DNA of 64,000 nt. Source: Syncephalis fuscata S228. Lineage: Eukaryota > Fungi > Zoopagomycota. The notes under the pieces were generated by a model, which was not told the DNA's origin, did not search any database, and was given only the letters and a program-made list of their open reading frames with translations. Positions within the stretch are counted from its first letter, which is position 1; each line of letters begins with the position of its first letter. Of this stretch, positions 13,022 to 25,447 are shown one piece after another. A program made the translations under genes and the position numbers. The DNA lies in contig JAHLTZ010000005.1 of assembly GCA_025786725.1 (NCBI GenBank), positions 558,001 through 622,000 of the forward strand, written 5' to 3'.

Positions 13022-16000
13022 CTATGATGATTCAACTGCTGCTCTTGCTGCTTGTTTTTGTCGTTCGCGTTCAGCCTTGCAATTACAGCGGTGCATAAGT
13101 ACATCCTGTTCACCAGCATCCCATTGATCAAGGAAAAGACCAGCTACTTTCTGCTTTGCCGTTTTCTCTTTTCCATCCTGGCTTTCAATTACTAATTCGC
13201 CATGGATATGGATGCCCATAGAGTATAAGCCATCCGAGTTCAGCGCACCTCTAAAGTATAAATAAACAGATGTTAATAGTGCTCACACTGTACAATACTC
13301 GATAACTTACTCAAATTTAAACAATGAACAGCCATAAGCTTGAACAGTTTTGGTGAATCGACATGTAGGGCTGATGTGTACCTTGTTTGGTTCAATGCGG
13401 TCATCAATCAATGGCACTAAAAGTCTATTAAACAGATCACGGGCCACATTCAAATCAAATCCACTATCTAGATACACGGCGCCTATTGAGGACTCGACAA
13501 TATCACCCATCACTTTAGGCGGGCTAAGTCCACGCCAATATTCACCGACGCCATTTAGTTCGGCGCGTCTAGCGTCTAGTGCTTTACCAAATTCACCAAT
13601 CTCTTTGGCTAATGGATCGGAAAAGTGGTCAAGATATTGTTGTAGGCCTAGTAGCTGGCAAATAGTACTAAGGAACTCATTGGACACCGTTGCATCTTTG
13701 ATTTCGGAAATACCACCTGGTTTAAGCTCGGGATAGCGATGATAGTACAGATCAACGACTAGATAATCAAGTACGGCATCACCAAGAAATTCAAGTCGTT
13801 GATAACATGGTGTAGTGGGTGCTTGAGCCGAAGCATGGGTAAATGCTTCAACTAGATAGGGTGGATGACTAAACGTGTATCCAAGTATACGCTGAATAGC
13901 GCCGATGTTAACTGACATACTTGTATCTGTTGGTGGTGTGAATGGTGGTGGTGGTGGAAATAAACGAATAAAATCAGACCATTTTTCAAGAGGACTAACA
14001 AGTGGGATGCCCATTTTAACTGCACATTGTAATGCGGCATCTGCACCGTAACTTTCTAGACATGACCCAAGAGATGCTTCTATCACATCAGCCAACATCT
14101 TTTGCGATAATCTATGCATATGTGCTACTCGGTGGCCAGTCAATTCTAGAACCACGTCATCATTATCACTATTGGTTTGTTGAATTGTATATACCGTCTC
14201 GTTAGATTGATCAGTCATTTCTTCATTGAATTGATCAGCCATTTCTTCGTTGGATTGATCGGCCATTTCTTCATCGGGTGCAACGTTCACATTAACAACG
14301 TTTGTATTTTCTGGTGGTGCAAAAACAAAACCAGCCGGTAACCAACTTTTACGACTAAATTTCTGAGTAATAATATACGAAAACATGTTACGTTCAACGG
14401 CTAGACGACATAATGATTCATTAGCAATCAGATATTGTCGTCGTTTATGCAATAGTCCTTCGTGATTCTCTGGATGCTTGATATACAGACTAGTACTGGT
14501 CATAATTTTTAAAATAGAATCACCTAACATTTCAAGTCGTTCGTAATTGTCTTTAGTGTCAATGGCTGGCGTACTAATGGCATGAACTAGATTCTCTAAT
14601 GTGGTGGATAAATTGAATCGTGCACCATATTCTACGGCCAATAGAGCCTTTTCCATTTGATAAAGAAATGATGGTAGTAACAAACCCATACGCAGTACAC
14701 TCGCTTTAAACGGTATCAATTGACATGTTTCTGGCAATAAATAGTCGTCTAATAATAGTGTCGTTGTTTGTTCATCCATTTCTTGTTGTTTAGCTGGTGT
14801 TGGTTCAATGTAGTTGAATTTTTTATAATTAATCAACTTTCCGTGTAATAATGGCTGGTTCTCGCGCTTAACCGAGTATTCACGTGTATTTAATAAGTGT
14901 TCTTTCATCGTTAATAGCGTAGATTGATTATTAGTGGGTAAAGGTGTTACTGGTGATAAATCCTGTCGTATTTCTGCAATCTCATAGTATTGAGAATACT
15001 TGGTAGCATCAATGATTGTCATTCCTGTCTTAATAGTATCTAATCGACTAATAAGCGGTACTGGCTGATTCTGTTGACTGGCCAAAGGACCGCATTCCTT
15101 TACTTGATTCCAATCAATAGAGCTTTCAAGATCAAGTTCAGTTGTGCTATTATTGATCGATTCAATCAACGGAAAAATAAGATAGCCGATTGATTCGTAT
15201 TTATATTTTTTACGAAGTACTTGACTGAATAAATTAGCCATAAACTCAGTAATCACCGTCGATAATTCACTTCAATATAATAGGGACGTGGCCATGGTAT
15301 AAGCCGCATAAGCGTAGGACCGTCTTCAAGATACAGCTTAATACCTTCAAGTCCATTTGGAAATGGCTGTCGAGTTGCAATACCCATTGGTCGATAGCTA
15401 TTGCTTAGTTGACTTGGCTCTAGTGTCAGCGTGTAAATGTACCACTGACTTGATTCATTCAACGGCTGAGCCAGCCATAATTCAGGCACTTTGCGTGGAA
15501 ATTCCTGAGTAGTGCCGCTAAGCCCGTCGCCTTCATTTATAACATTCGCCTCAAACTCCTTCAGATCATTTTCCGGCTGTTGCGGAGCATATGGTAGTAG
15601 TCGATCATCAAGTGCGCCAGCTTCACGCAACTGAATGGCCGCTCTTAAAGCTACAAGACGTTTTGCAAGTGATTTTGAACGAGCTACTTCACCATTAACG
15701 CAGCGTATATGAGCGTTGATGGGAAATATAATATTGCAAATAAAATTGGTTTGATCGACATTTTGCATTTCCCATACTGGTGCAAGTTTGCAATAGGCAT
15801 CTTGGGGCAATTGACCACAATAACGATAAATTGTTGGGATGGCCGAGGAAAGTGTAATACGAGCACCAGTAGATGGTTCAATATACTGGCCTTGTTCTAG
15901 TTCCTCAGCACTAATAGGCTGATCGTCTTCATCGGTAACATTGTTGTCAGCGCTGGTGGGTGAAATTGGCGGTCGTTGTTTACACCAAAGTTCTAGTTCA

Positions 16001-17775
16001 CACTCGTGCCTTCGAATCTGCTCTAGCAGCTTCATTTCTCCAGCATTGCCACGCTCTTGCATGATTATATAGGCTGATTGTGGATGTCTTGCACGTCCTC
16101 TTGATTGAATATATGCTCTTAATGTATCGAAATAGCTAAATCTACAACATAAACATAGTAAACAAATGACAGCTACTTTAGATAGTATTATCAATTTACC
16201 GAATAACAACATTACACGCCGGTATATCCAATCCTTCTTCGCCAACACTTGTTGTCACCAGCAAATTGGCATTGCCATTTCTAAAGTCTCCTACTGCCTG
16301 ATTACGCTCTTTATATGACATTTGATAATCGCCAGGCATTGATGAGCCACTTCCAATCATCGGACGGCATTGGATGATGTTACGCATACTTTCCAGTTTA
16401 TCCAGAAGGGCCACAATGATAAATGCATGTTTACGTCGATCGACAAATACAATGCCACGAAATGTGTTCCCAGGTAGCTGAGTAGCAAACTTCGACAATA
16501 TATTAAGCAATTTTAAGACTTTAGGCGATAGATGTGCCATATTAAAAAGTGGACTATCGAATTCGTGCTTACGGATAATATTAATGGCGTTTGTCACACA
16601 ACGACGAGTTTTATCTTCGGGCAGTTGATTGATATACTTAGCAAGTGCATCCTTATGTGGGAATCGTCGATCTATGGCTTTCAAAAAACTATGCCAGATG
16701 TAGTCTGAACACCACGGCCCAAGCTCTTTTAAAGCAACCTCTGCGTCTAGAAAATACGAGTGAAAATAATCATCATCACAAAAGCGTTTAAGTCGTTTAA
16801 GTAAAGGTGTTGTGTCAAAATCATCGGCCGGTTCGTATCGTATAATACATTCCCGTGGACGTTTAAGGTATTTGCGTAGTAAATTTTTGTTAATCGTTAC
16901 GATACGTGCATCTAAAGAAGCTTCTAATGCTCTAAAGGTAGCAATTATAATAAGTTATTATTATTATTATTATTATACTTTTTCAGTTATACTTACTCTG
17001 CACTAGCACCAACATGCTCCTTTGAATCTAGCGGAGAAGCAGTCATAGCAAATATCTTTGGACGTTTATGAATTGGCGCTGTCATATAAAACTCCTTCAT
17101 TATTTCATTGTATGGATGCCGTTCTTTATTGTGATGACACTCGTCAATAACAATCATGGCAATCTTTGGTGTATATAATTAATATATACTATTATAAATA
17201 TATATTATACACATTATATATTACTTGCTTACCTGATCAATTTGAAGAAAGCCATGAAGCAAAGCATTTCGTAGAATTTGTGCCGTCATAACCATTACAT
17301 CGTTTTTGGCCAGTTCACCTTGCCACACATCTGCATCCCATAAATCTGTACCCATTCCGCCATGATACTCTCCCACTGAATAGGGCGTATTTTGCTGCAT
17401 AAATAGCGCTTGTTGATGAACCAAGCTTACATGATTTACTATAAACATAATAACACGACGAAGTGTCGTTTGTAACTGATTCTGTTCATCGCCATTATCA
17501 GTAACTGAAACAGATATTGGAACTTCTGCAGTCTTTACTGTTGCTTCCACTACTTCTTGTTCGTTTGATGGTGCAATATTGGAGTATTCCTTGCTTAGTA
17601 CATATTTAATAAGCATGGCCGATATAAGTGTTTTGCCGGCACCTGTCTCAAGCACAGCAATAATATTGCTCTTTTTTGCATGCTCAAACATCTCAATTTG
17701 ATAGTCGCGCGGCTCTAGCACAGCAATTGCTGCCAGTGCCTCCACATTCAGACCATTGGTCGTAGCCTCAGGCAT
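13022..17775 (-). CDS. Dicer-like RNase III (helicase, DUF283, PAZ-like, two RNase III domains, C-terminal dsRBD-like region)
   Basis: ETGAGKT, DECHH, EEGLDIPACN, YIQSRGRAR, DUF283 (IYRYCGQLPQDAY), PAZ-like QPLL...YLLPETC, ERLEMLGDS, QRLEFLGDAVLD, DIVES, terminal HRCNC. Apparent 1-nt frameshift near 15270. Confidence 0.93.
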
Positions 17776-18345
17776 TTTGTTGATAGGTACTATAAATGAA
17801 TAGATGCCCAATAAGATTCGTACAGATGCACCAAAATATCAAAATATATAGTAATATGGTATGGTTAAACAGATACAAAAAGTGAGTAAAGATAAAAAGA
17901 CTAAGGAGAGTGGACTAGTGGGAAATATGTAAGCGCAAAAAAAGAGTCAACTCATATGGCTATTTATAGAGATAGATTCAGTATGTAGCACAGTCTATAT
18001 AGTGATATATAGTTATGCTATAATATACGCTAATTAAATTTGGTAATATATAAATTTTATTGTTTACTTGAATTTGTATCCAGTATAATAATTATGATAC
18101 TTAAATGAAATGAAATGCTATGTTTTTTATAAAGAACAAATTTAATTAGTATAATTTGTATACTATTGTTGTTGTAGCATTGTTATAACAATAAAATCAA
18201 GTAATTTACCAACTAAATTAGTCAGTCATTAATCGCTTAAAGCACAATACACTACAACATAATGTTTGAACAAAAGTTTTAATTATTTAATAAAATCAAA
18301 TATAATGATGCTATAAAGTGTTATTCACTATGTACAAAAAATAAC

Positions 18346-20779
18346 TTATTGCATATTTGCCGATATGGCATTTGCCAGACTATCAGCCTGCATACCCACA
18401 GCGGCAACAGAGGCTAGTTCTGCCGCCGCCATGCTAGATGATAGTTCACTGGATATACACGTTACGGAAGGTAGACGAAAATTCGATAATGATTGCTGTA
18501 CATCCTAATTGTTTGATTAGACAGGACTCATTCCATATACATCTGACTAGTGTAACTTACTACAGGTAAATCAACAGTATCTAAACGGGCTACTTCGATA
18601 TAAAAAGTCTTTTCCAACTTGTACACTGTAGGGCCGTGATAATAGGTGGCCATCACAGTTATGTCACAGCTCTGTGCTGTCTCTGTAGGTATACCCGTTA
18701 ACTGGTTACATTCCCAGTGTAGCCAGTCGGGCAGCCAAGGGGAATGAAACACTGCTTTAGGTGCTATATAAATACAAATCAATAGTTAATTAAATATACA
18801 TAAATGTAAACGTCAATCTGTATTACATTGCATTTGTGGATCCCATATTCGTGGGGTATATGTGTATCGTAGACCAACATACGCTTCTCTGGGTGGATTG
18901 CCCGTAATACGACGTGGAAATTCACGAAATAGCCATCCACCTGACGGTAATTTCTTTGCTTCGATATTCCATACGTGGTTGCCTTTTGACTTTGATTTCC
19001 TTCCTTCTTCATTAAACCGACTAATACATCTATTCATTTCATTAGTATACCTTTCTATAATTACTAATAGTTTATTGACTTACTTTTGTCGCCATAAATA
19101 CTGCTTTACTTTACGGGTCGGTAGAATCACTTGGTCATAACCATGTCGCACTAATGCCTCCATAAATGCATTGCTAAATGCTTGAATTCGAAACTTGAAC
19201 GGTCTAAAGTCGCTTGATTGCTCCATTTTATGCATTTTCTTTGCCATAAGTGTTTGATGTCTAATATACAACCTAATGATTAGTATCTATTTAATAACCA
19301 ATAGTATAACGTACATTGGATCTCCTCTTTCATCAGTAGCATTTACTAGATAGCATAGAATAAGTACAGTATAATCGTTGATGAAGCTACCTACAATCGG
19401 AACAAAGACCTTGTAAAAAGTCATAAAACACTCTATCCATTTGTGCCACTAATTGAGGATCCAATTCAGAATTATCATTATTGCCGGCTGATCCAGGCGT
19501 AGATGCAGTTGTTGTAGTCACTGAAGTATCAGAAGCAGCCGGTGCATTAATAGGTAGTAATCCTGCATTAGATAATGACTGTGTAGGGGATGGCAATATA
19601 AGACCATTTTCTATAAGTGTCGCTTCCTAATTAACATAATTGCAATAATTCGTGTTATATATTATAATGAATTAACCTATTAACCTATTAACAACTTACA
19701 GCTGCATTGGTAGTAGTATGTACTGAGAATAAACCATTTGAGAAATTACCAGTATGAATAGATGAAGTAATTGGATGTTGTGGTTGATAATGGTGCTGTT
19801 CTGCCAATCGATGTGGTGTATTTATACTTTTATTAGTGGGTTCAGCCACCGTTTTACGGAATTTACCAAATGACTCTTGTTTTAATGCAGACCTCTAATA
19901 TTCGTATTTATATTTAATTGAAGGAATATATATTCAATTACTATTAATTACCTTATTATTCGGTTTGGTAAGTGAAGGAACCACTTCTTCAGCCAATGAA
20001 TGAATAGAAGATGCCAGAATACCATGATGTGAATTAACACTTAATAACGGCGAAGAAGGCTGTAATGAAGGTGGTGTATGAAGTGTGGCTCCACCATTTG
20101 TATTATTGTGTATACGATTAATGGCATGTGAGCCATTGGTATTATTAGCTGCAGTTGATACAACAGGTGTCGTCGCTGTAGGTGACAATAATGGACGCAT
20201 AATTGTATGAGCTGTGGATGCACTAGTTGCTGTCATGGTGGTTGCCGTAGTTGTGGTGGCTGAATGATAAGATAACATAGGAGATGCCCGTATTACCGGT
20301 GAAATACCATTTGCATGTCCATGATGGTGTCCCGTAGTCACTACTGCATCATGTCCATTTAATGCTGTTGGCTGTACACCCACTGTTGATGGTGATGACG
20401 ATGGCTGTGACTGTGCTGATGGTGGTATACGTTGATGATGAGATGAGTGTATTGCTATATTAGATGTTGATGATGAAGTGGATGACAGTTGAGATGATGA
20501 TAGCTATATCGTGTGTATATTAATTACACACACACACATATATATATTATTATTATTATTATCAAACACTTACCAGTGCTGCGTATTTGGTCTTGAAATC
20601 ATCCAATACTTCAATAGTCTTTACAATTTCATGTAGCCGATGAAAGGCTTCCGTTTCAGCACCCCGTTCAAACTGATCCTTCGCCTCTTGTGCATTAAGA
20701 ATAACACTAAGGCATTCATTAAGTAGTTGGTCATAGACTATTGCATGACTTACCTTTCAAATAGTTGTGTTAACTTCAT
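18346..20779 (-). CDS. Conserved fungal hypothetical protein (low-complexity N-half; conserved core; possible Ig-like C-terminal domain)
   Basis: Exons with GT-AG borders join MKLTQLFESVILNAQEAK..., an S/T/H-rich region, and HQTLMAKKM...DFRPFKFRIQAFSNAF...ISRFNEEGRKSKSKGNHVWNIEAKK...WLPDWLHWECNQLTGIP. I recognise the core from other fungal hypotheticals but know no function. Confidence 0.7.
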
Positions 20780-21204
20780 AGTAGACCGCTGTATTCAATA
20801 TAAATCCAGGGTGAATATACACGTAAGTGAAAACAGGGTTCGTGAACACTGTTTACAAGTACTATATATACTTTAAGTAAGATAGAGAATATCAACGAAA
20901 ACAGGGAGGGTGAAAAAGGTGGCGTGCAATACAATATGACCATGAGGCAAAGAAATAGAGGCACAGGTGTGCGTGTGTGTATATTTCTCTCTATTGATTA
21001 AGGAGAGTGAAGGAAATGGATATGGCCATACACGTGGTCTATCCTGTGAATTAAGGGGATTGGTCAAGTAGATAGTTGTAATTGATTGGTAGGCGGTGTT
21101 TAAATAATAATGGTTAAAAATGATTGGTATAAACTGGGGGATTAGTAAATATATCCACATACACACACACAGTATAAGTAATTATTATTAAACCATACAA
21201 AATG

Positions 21205-21729
21205 ATTATATTAAGTAATTTGACATAACAAACTTTTACTCATTCTGACTCACTTATTGGTCAGTCATTTCAAGTGTAAATAAAGAGAAGAGAAAGGTGT
21301 GACATAGATTGTATGGTATGTGATTAATAGATTGTTTTCATAAAAAGTGAAGCAAAGTGATCAAGTAGTATGAATAAGTATTTAATGTTATTTTGTACTA
21401 ACAGTTGTTTTTAATAGTGTTCATACAATTAAACTAACATTCGTTTTGGTAAATATTTACAGTAACAATAATAGTATGGGTTAACATTTTACTAATAATG
21501 CTATCAAGTGTGAAGAAATGAAAGAAAAGTGTGATGACGTAGACTGTAAACTGTAAAGACGGTCAGTCAATATTTATTAAGACGTGAATTAGTTTATTAA
21601 CAAGCAATGTAAAATAATAAAAACTATTTGGTCCACAAAACACTCATCAACATAAACACATTTTAGTATAATAATAAGTATATTAAAATAATCAAATATA
21701 ATATAATAAAAGCTAGTTCATTACAAATA
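21205..21729. repeat. ~525-bp non-coding element, inverted copy of 11176-11702
   Basis: See partner copy. Confidence 0.93.
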
Positions 21730-22340
21730 GTTATTATTATAAAACATTTTCATTAATGAAATGGTTTGTATAGTAGTAAAAAGAAAGAATGACAATAAAG
21801 AACTATTAGTAGTATAGAATATATTTATAACGCAACAATTATGACGTCTAAATAGGCTAAGAATACTATATTACTTTGACATTCAGAATAAAGATATATT
21901 TGTAAATATAAACACGTTGAATAATTTATTTACTCTTTATTGCTTCAAAGAAATAATACGCTACAAGATAGACAAAAACATCACTATGCTACAGTATAGT
22001 TATTAATACTATATTTCTGTATCAAACAAAACATTCCAAACAAAAGACTATTTTTCCTAACTTTTTTTGGTGTTTTGGGGGTATTTTTCTTTTCACATAA
22101 AATACCACATTGTGGATAGATAATCAAGGGGATTGGCCAAGTAGATAATAGTTAATTGATTGGTATAAACTGGGGCCATTTAATAGACACACACACACAC
22201 ACACACACCAAAGTGGCGAGTTATTGTTATTATTACTAGCACACAGTACTACTATTGATACTTACTTGTTAACACATCTCCCAATTAGTACATCATCTTT
22301 GCATTGCTATTATATAGTAGTAGTAGTAATAGTAGTTGAG

Positions 22341-23754
22341 ATGGCTGCAGAACGGAGTAATAGCGCTAAATATAGTAAACGAAGTAGTGGCACAAATACT
22401 GATGGCACTTTGGCCGGTACACTATCAACTAGCTACAGTGGTGGCAATACTTTGAGTACAACACTGCGCAGTGGTAGTTTATATGGTGATGTAGGAGGGA
22501 TTCCATTTGGTGAACGGAATCCTAGTAGTACTAGTTTAAATACCAAGGCTCAACAAGCTGCAACCAGTCTACCGCCTATTAGTATATTTAGTGGCAATAC
22601 AAGTAGTAGTAGTAGTAGTGGAGGAGGTGGGAGCAGTACAGGTCAACCAGCTACACCTCGTTCTACACACTATGAACTACTACGAGAATTGGTTCATAAG
22701 CGTATTGCTACCTTTATTTACTTTAAGCGCTTATATGAAGGGCGTTCCTTCTATCTTAATACAATTACTATTACACCAGAACTATTACTGGCTAGTAATC
22801 AACATGCCAATGATGATATCACTCCTAGTAAACGGTATTAATTGATAGTAGACAAATAGTAATTATAACTGACCAATACCGTTTATTCTATTACTAAATA
22901 TTAGGGCGTATATGTTTTATATACTAGGCATAAGTATGGGTCCATTATTGGATCTAACTAATTCAACCTATTATGCTAAAGCATTACATACATTGGCTCA
23001 AGAATACGATACATTTGCCACTGAAGTGGCTAAATCAAAACGAGGTGTAAGTTGATTAGTTATTATTAACAATATAATATAATATAATATAATATAATAT
23101 TAGAGAATGAATTTACGCAAGATTAGAATGCCGGGTGATAATAGCAATCATAACAGTAATAACAATAATACACATTTAACACCAAATGGATCCAATAGTA
23201 TTTATACGAATAGTCAAAATAATCCATCAAATGCCACTATTGGTGGGCATTCTAACAATAATACAAACAATAGTCGTTTTGATTTAACCGATTTGGATAC
23301 AACAGAATATACACGACTTGAACTACATTCAGTAGTAAGTGACATTACAATAATATATCATTAAATTACCAATAACTAGCAATTAATATTATTATTATAT
23401 AGCCATTTGAATTGGACTATTCACAAACATTGTATTCATTGTGCGATATTATGGCGGAGGTTTATGGTAAACTACTGGATGCTTCATGTGATCAAGCATT
23501 TTGGGATCTTGTACTTAAACTTGATGCTAGACTAAAGGTAGGTTATGGTGTTTATTACAACTATAAATGGAATATAGCTAACTATTCTGTAGAAAGTCAT
23601 CATTCATCTATCTAAGATATTTGATAGTGTTGCTCGACATGCTGTTAAGGAAGAATTTGCTGCTATTGATCCACTACTCGCCAATGTAGGCAGTATTATT
23701 AGCATCGATGAACCAACGGGCAGCAATGATGCCAGTAGCATCTACAGCTTGTAA
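22341..23754 (+). CDS. Conserved hypothetical protein (multi-exon)
   Basis: S/G-rich N-terminus, then LRELVHKRIATFIYFKRLYEGRSFYLNT...LGISMGPLLDL...PFELDYSQTLYSLCDIMAEVYGKL...LKLDARLKK with canonical introns; stop at 23752-23754. Confidence 0.7.
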
Positions 23755-23838
23755 TCATAAATTAACACAACACAATGTATTCATAGATGGATTAATAATA
23801 AGAACTAATAAAATTAATTGATTAATTAAAATAGTTGT

Positions 23839-25236
23839 TTATTTAGATGAGGGTGAAGTGGTAGATTTATGGCGTTTTACTAATCCTTGTAGATTATTAA
23901 CAGTATTGGATGAAGATGGCGTACGTCGCTTTACTAATCCTTGCAAGTTATTGATTGTAGGTGTTGTTGTTGCCTCTGTTTTAGTTGTTGTACTTTCTGT
24001 CGATGACTGTTTGTCATTCACGGTGGCTGGAACAGTATGTAAATTAAAGGTATATTTAACACAAATGGCCTTTAATTGAGCAGTAGATTTAATAGCTGTT
24101 TCTTTGGTGGAAAAGTCTGCTTGGTGCATTAACCAGTTCATTATCTTATCATAGATAGAACTGTTGGCGACTAGATCTTCTTGTTCTTTACTAGAAGCAT
24201 ACAATTCGTCTATTTGACTATTCAGATCGGTGTTGACAGGTAGCCAGTCTAAAGTAAATATACCCGCTAACTTACCAGCACCACACTCTTCACCCAATGA
24301 TAATAAAGCGAGAAACGCCTCAACATTGAGTCCAGTGGATGCTTTACTTTGCAGCATTCTACCAATAGGATCGTCAGGAAAGGCGGGAAATACAGTGTGA
24401 GCCAATGCATCTCGCATGTATGGCACACCATATTGCCAGTGAGTAACTGATTGAGCATCACGGGCCCAACTGCCTAATTCACTTGGCTCATAGCCAGGTA
24501 CTAACCAGTACTTTTGAACATTATCTTTACTATTAGACTGATTCGATTGTTTAGTCATAGAATGGCCAATAAAGCGATCGAATGTACGTAACCACCAACG
24601 CAGTAAACCACGATCACTTAACGGTTGTTTCACATCATTGGTGGCTGAATTGACAAATAAATATTGTGGTTGAACTCGAGCAAATGTATGAATGTTTATC
24701 TTTGTGTTCAATCGATGTCCTAGCATCTGTGCATAGTCAAGTAGACCAAGTACTAATGCAGTGGTTATTGAAGGCTTACCAGCCATCTTTGTTGCTAGAT
24801 GACCATAACCAGTAGTATCTATCTTTTCTATATAAAAAGATATTTCTTTAGATGGTTCCTTAGTAGTCGTGTCTTTATCTGCCACTGGACATGCATGTCG
24901 GTATTCATAAACAGTGATACCGGCAACTAGAATACTATTTGATTCTTTTGATGTTGATATTGCGGTAACATTGGTAGATTCAAGGGTTGTTTGGCCACTC
25001 AACTTATTTTTTACGGTTTCTGATACTGGCTTATCTACCGCTGTGTCTAAATGAGATGGGACCGCTGCTAATAGAGCCCATGTACGACGACGTGTATTTT
25101 TGTCGCGTTGCTGCCATAGACTAGCGTCTACCCACCGACTATTAACGCAACATACCTCTATTGGACATGATGAGCTGCATTCAGTAATGCGTTGAACGAC
25201 ACAATCTGTCATTGAACACGGTATTTTACTATCCAT
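23839..25236 (-). CDS. RTT109: Histone H3K56 acetyltransferase Rtt109
   Basis: Single 465-aa ORF with YIEKIDTTG, HTFARVQPQYLFVNSA, LSDRGLLRWW, FPDDP and ECGAG motifs. Confidence 0.9.
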   Translation of the reverse strand: MDSKIPCSMTDCVVQRITECSSSCPIEVCCVNSRWVDASLWQQRDKNTRRRTWALLAAVPSHLDTAVDKPVSETVKNKLSGQTTLESTNVTAISTSKESNSILVAGITVYEYRHACPVADKDTTTKEPSKEISFYIEKIDTTGYGHLATKMAGKPSITTALVLGLLDYAQMLGHRLNTKINIHTFARVQPQYLFVNSATNDVKQPLSDRGLLRWWLRTFDRFIGHSMTKQSNQSNSKDNVQKYWLVPGYEPSELGSWARDAQSVTHWQYGVPYMRDALAHTVFPAFPDDPIGRMLQSKASTGLNVEAFLALLSLGEECGAGKLAGIFTLDWLPVNTDLNSQIDELYASSKEQEDLVANSSIYDKIMNWLMHQADFSTKETAIKSTAQLKAICVKYTFNLHTVPATVNDKQSSTESTTTKTEATTTPTINNLQGLVKRRTPSSSNTVNNLQGLVKRHKSTTSPSSK

Positions 25237-25447
25237 TGATATAGAGGATATGGCTATTACTATTACTACTATGGGCCAGAAATAAAAAGTAAAAGGTGAC
25301 GCGCAGTTTAATATTTTCGACTCTTTTTTTCATTATTATTTTAACTGATTGTGTGATACTTGTAGCATCACGAGGAATTATCTTTATCTACACGTTGAGT
25401 CAACCCATTGATAGGACAGGTGGACTGTAAACGGGATTAACTATAGT

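Noticed and set aside
7875-13736. Antisense ORFs overlapping ACY1, QRI7 and Dicer (7875-8231, 9881-10264, 13350-13736)
   Set aside because: Shadow frames of real genes on the opposite strand, with no independent motifs.
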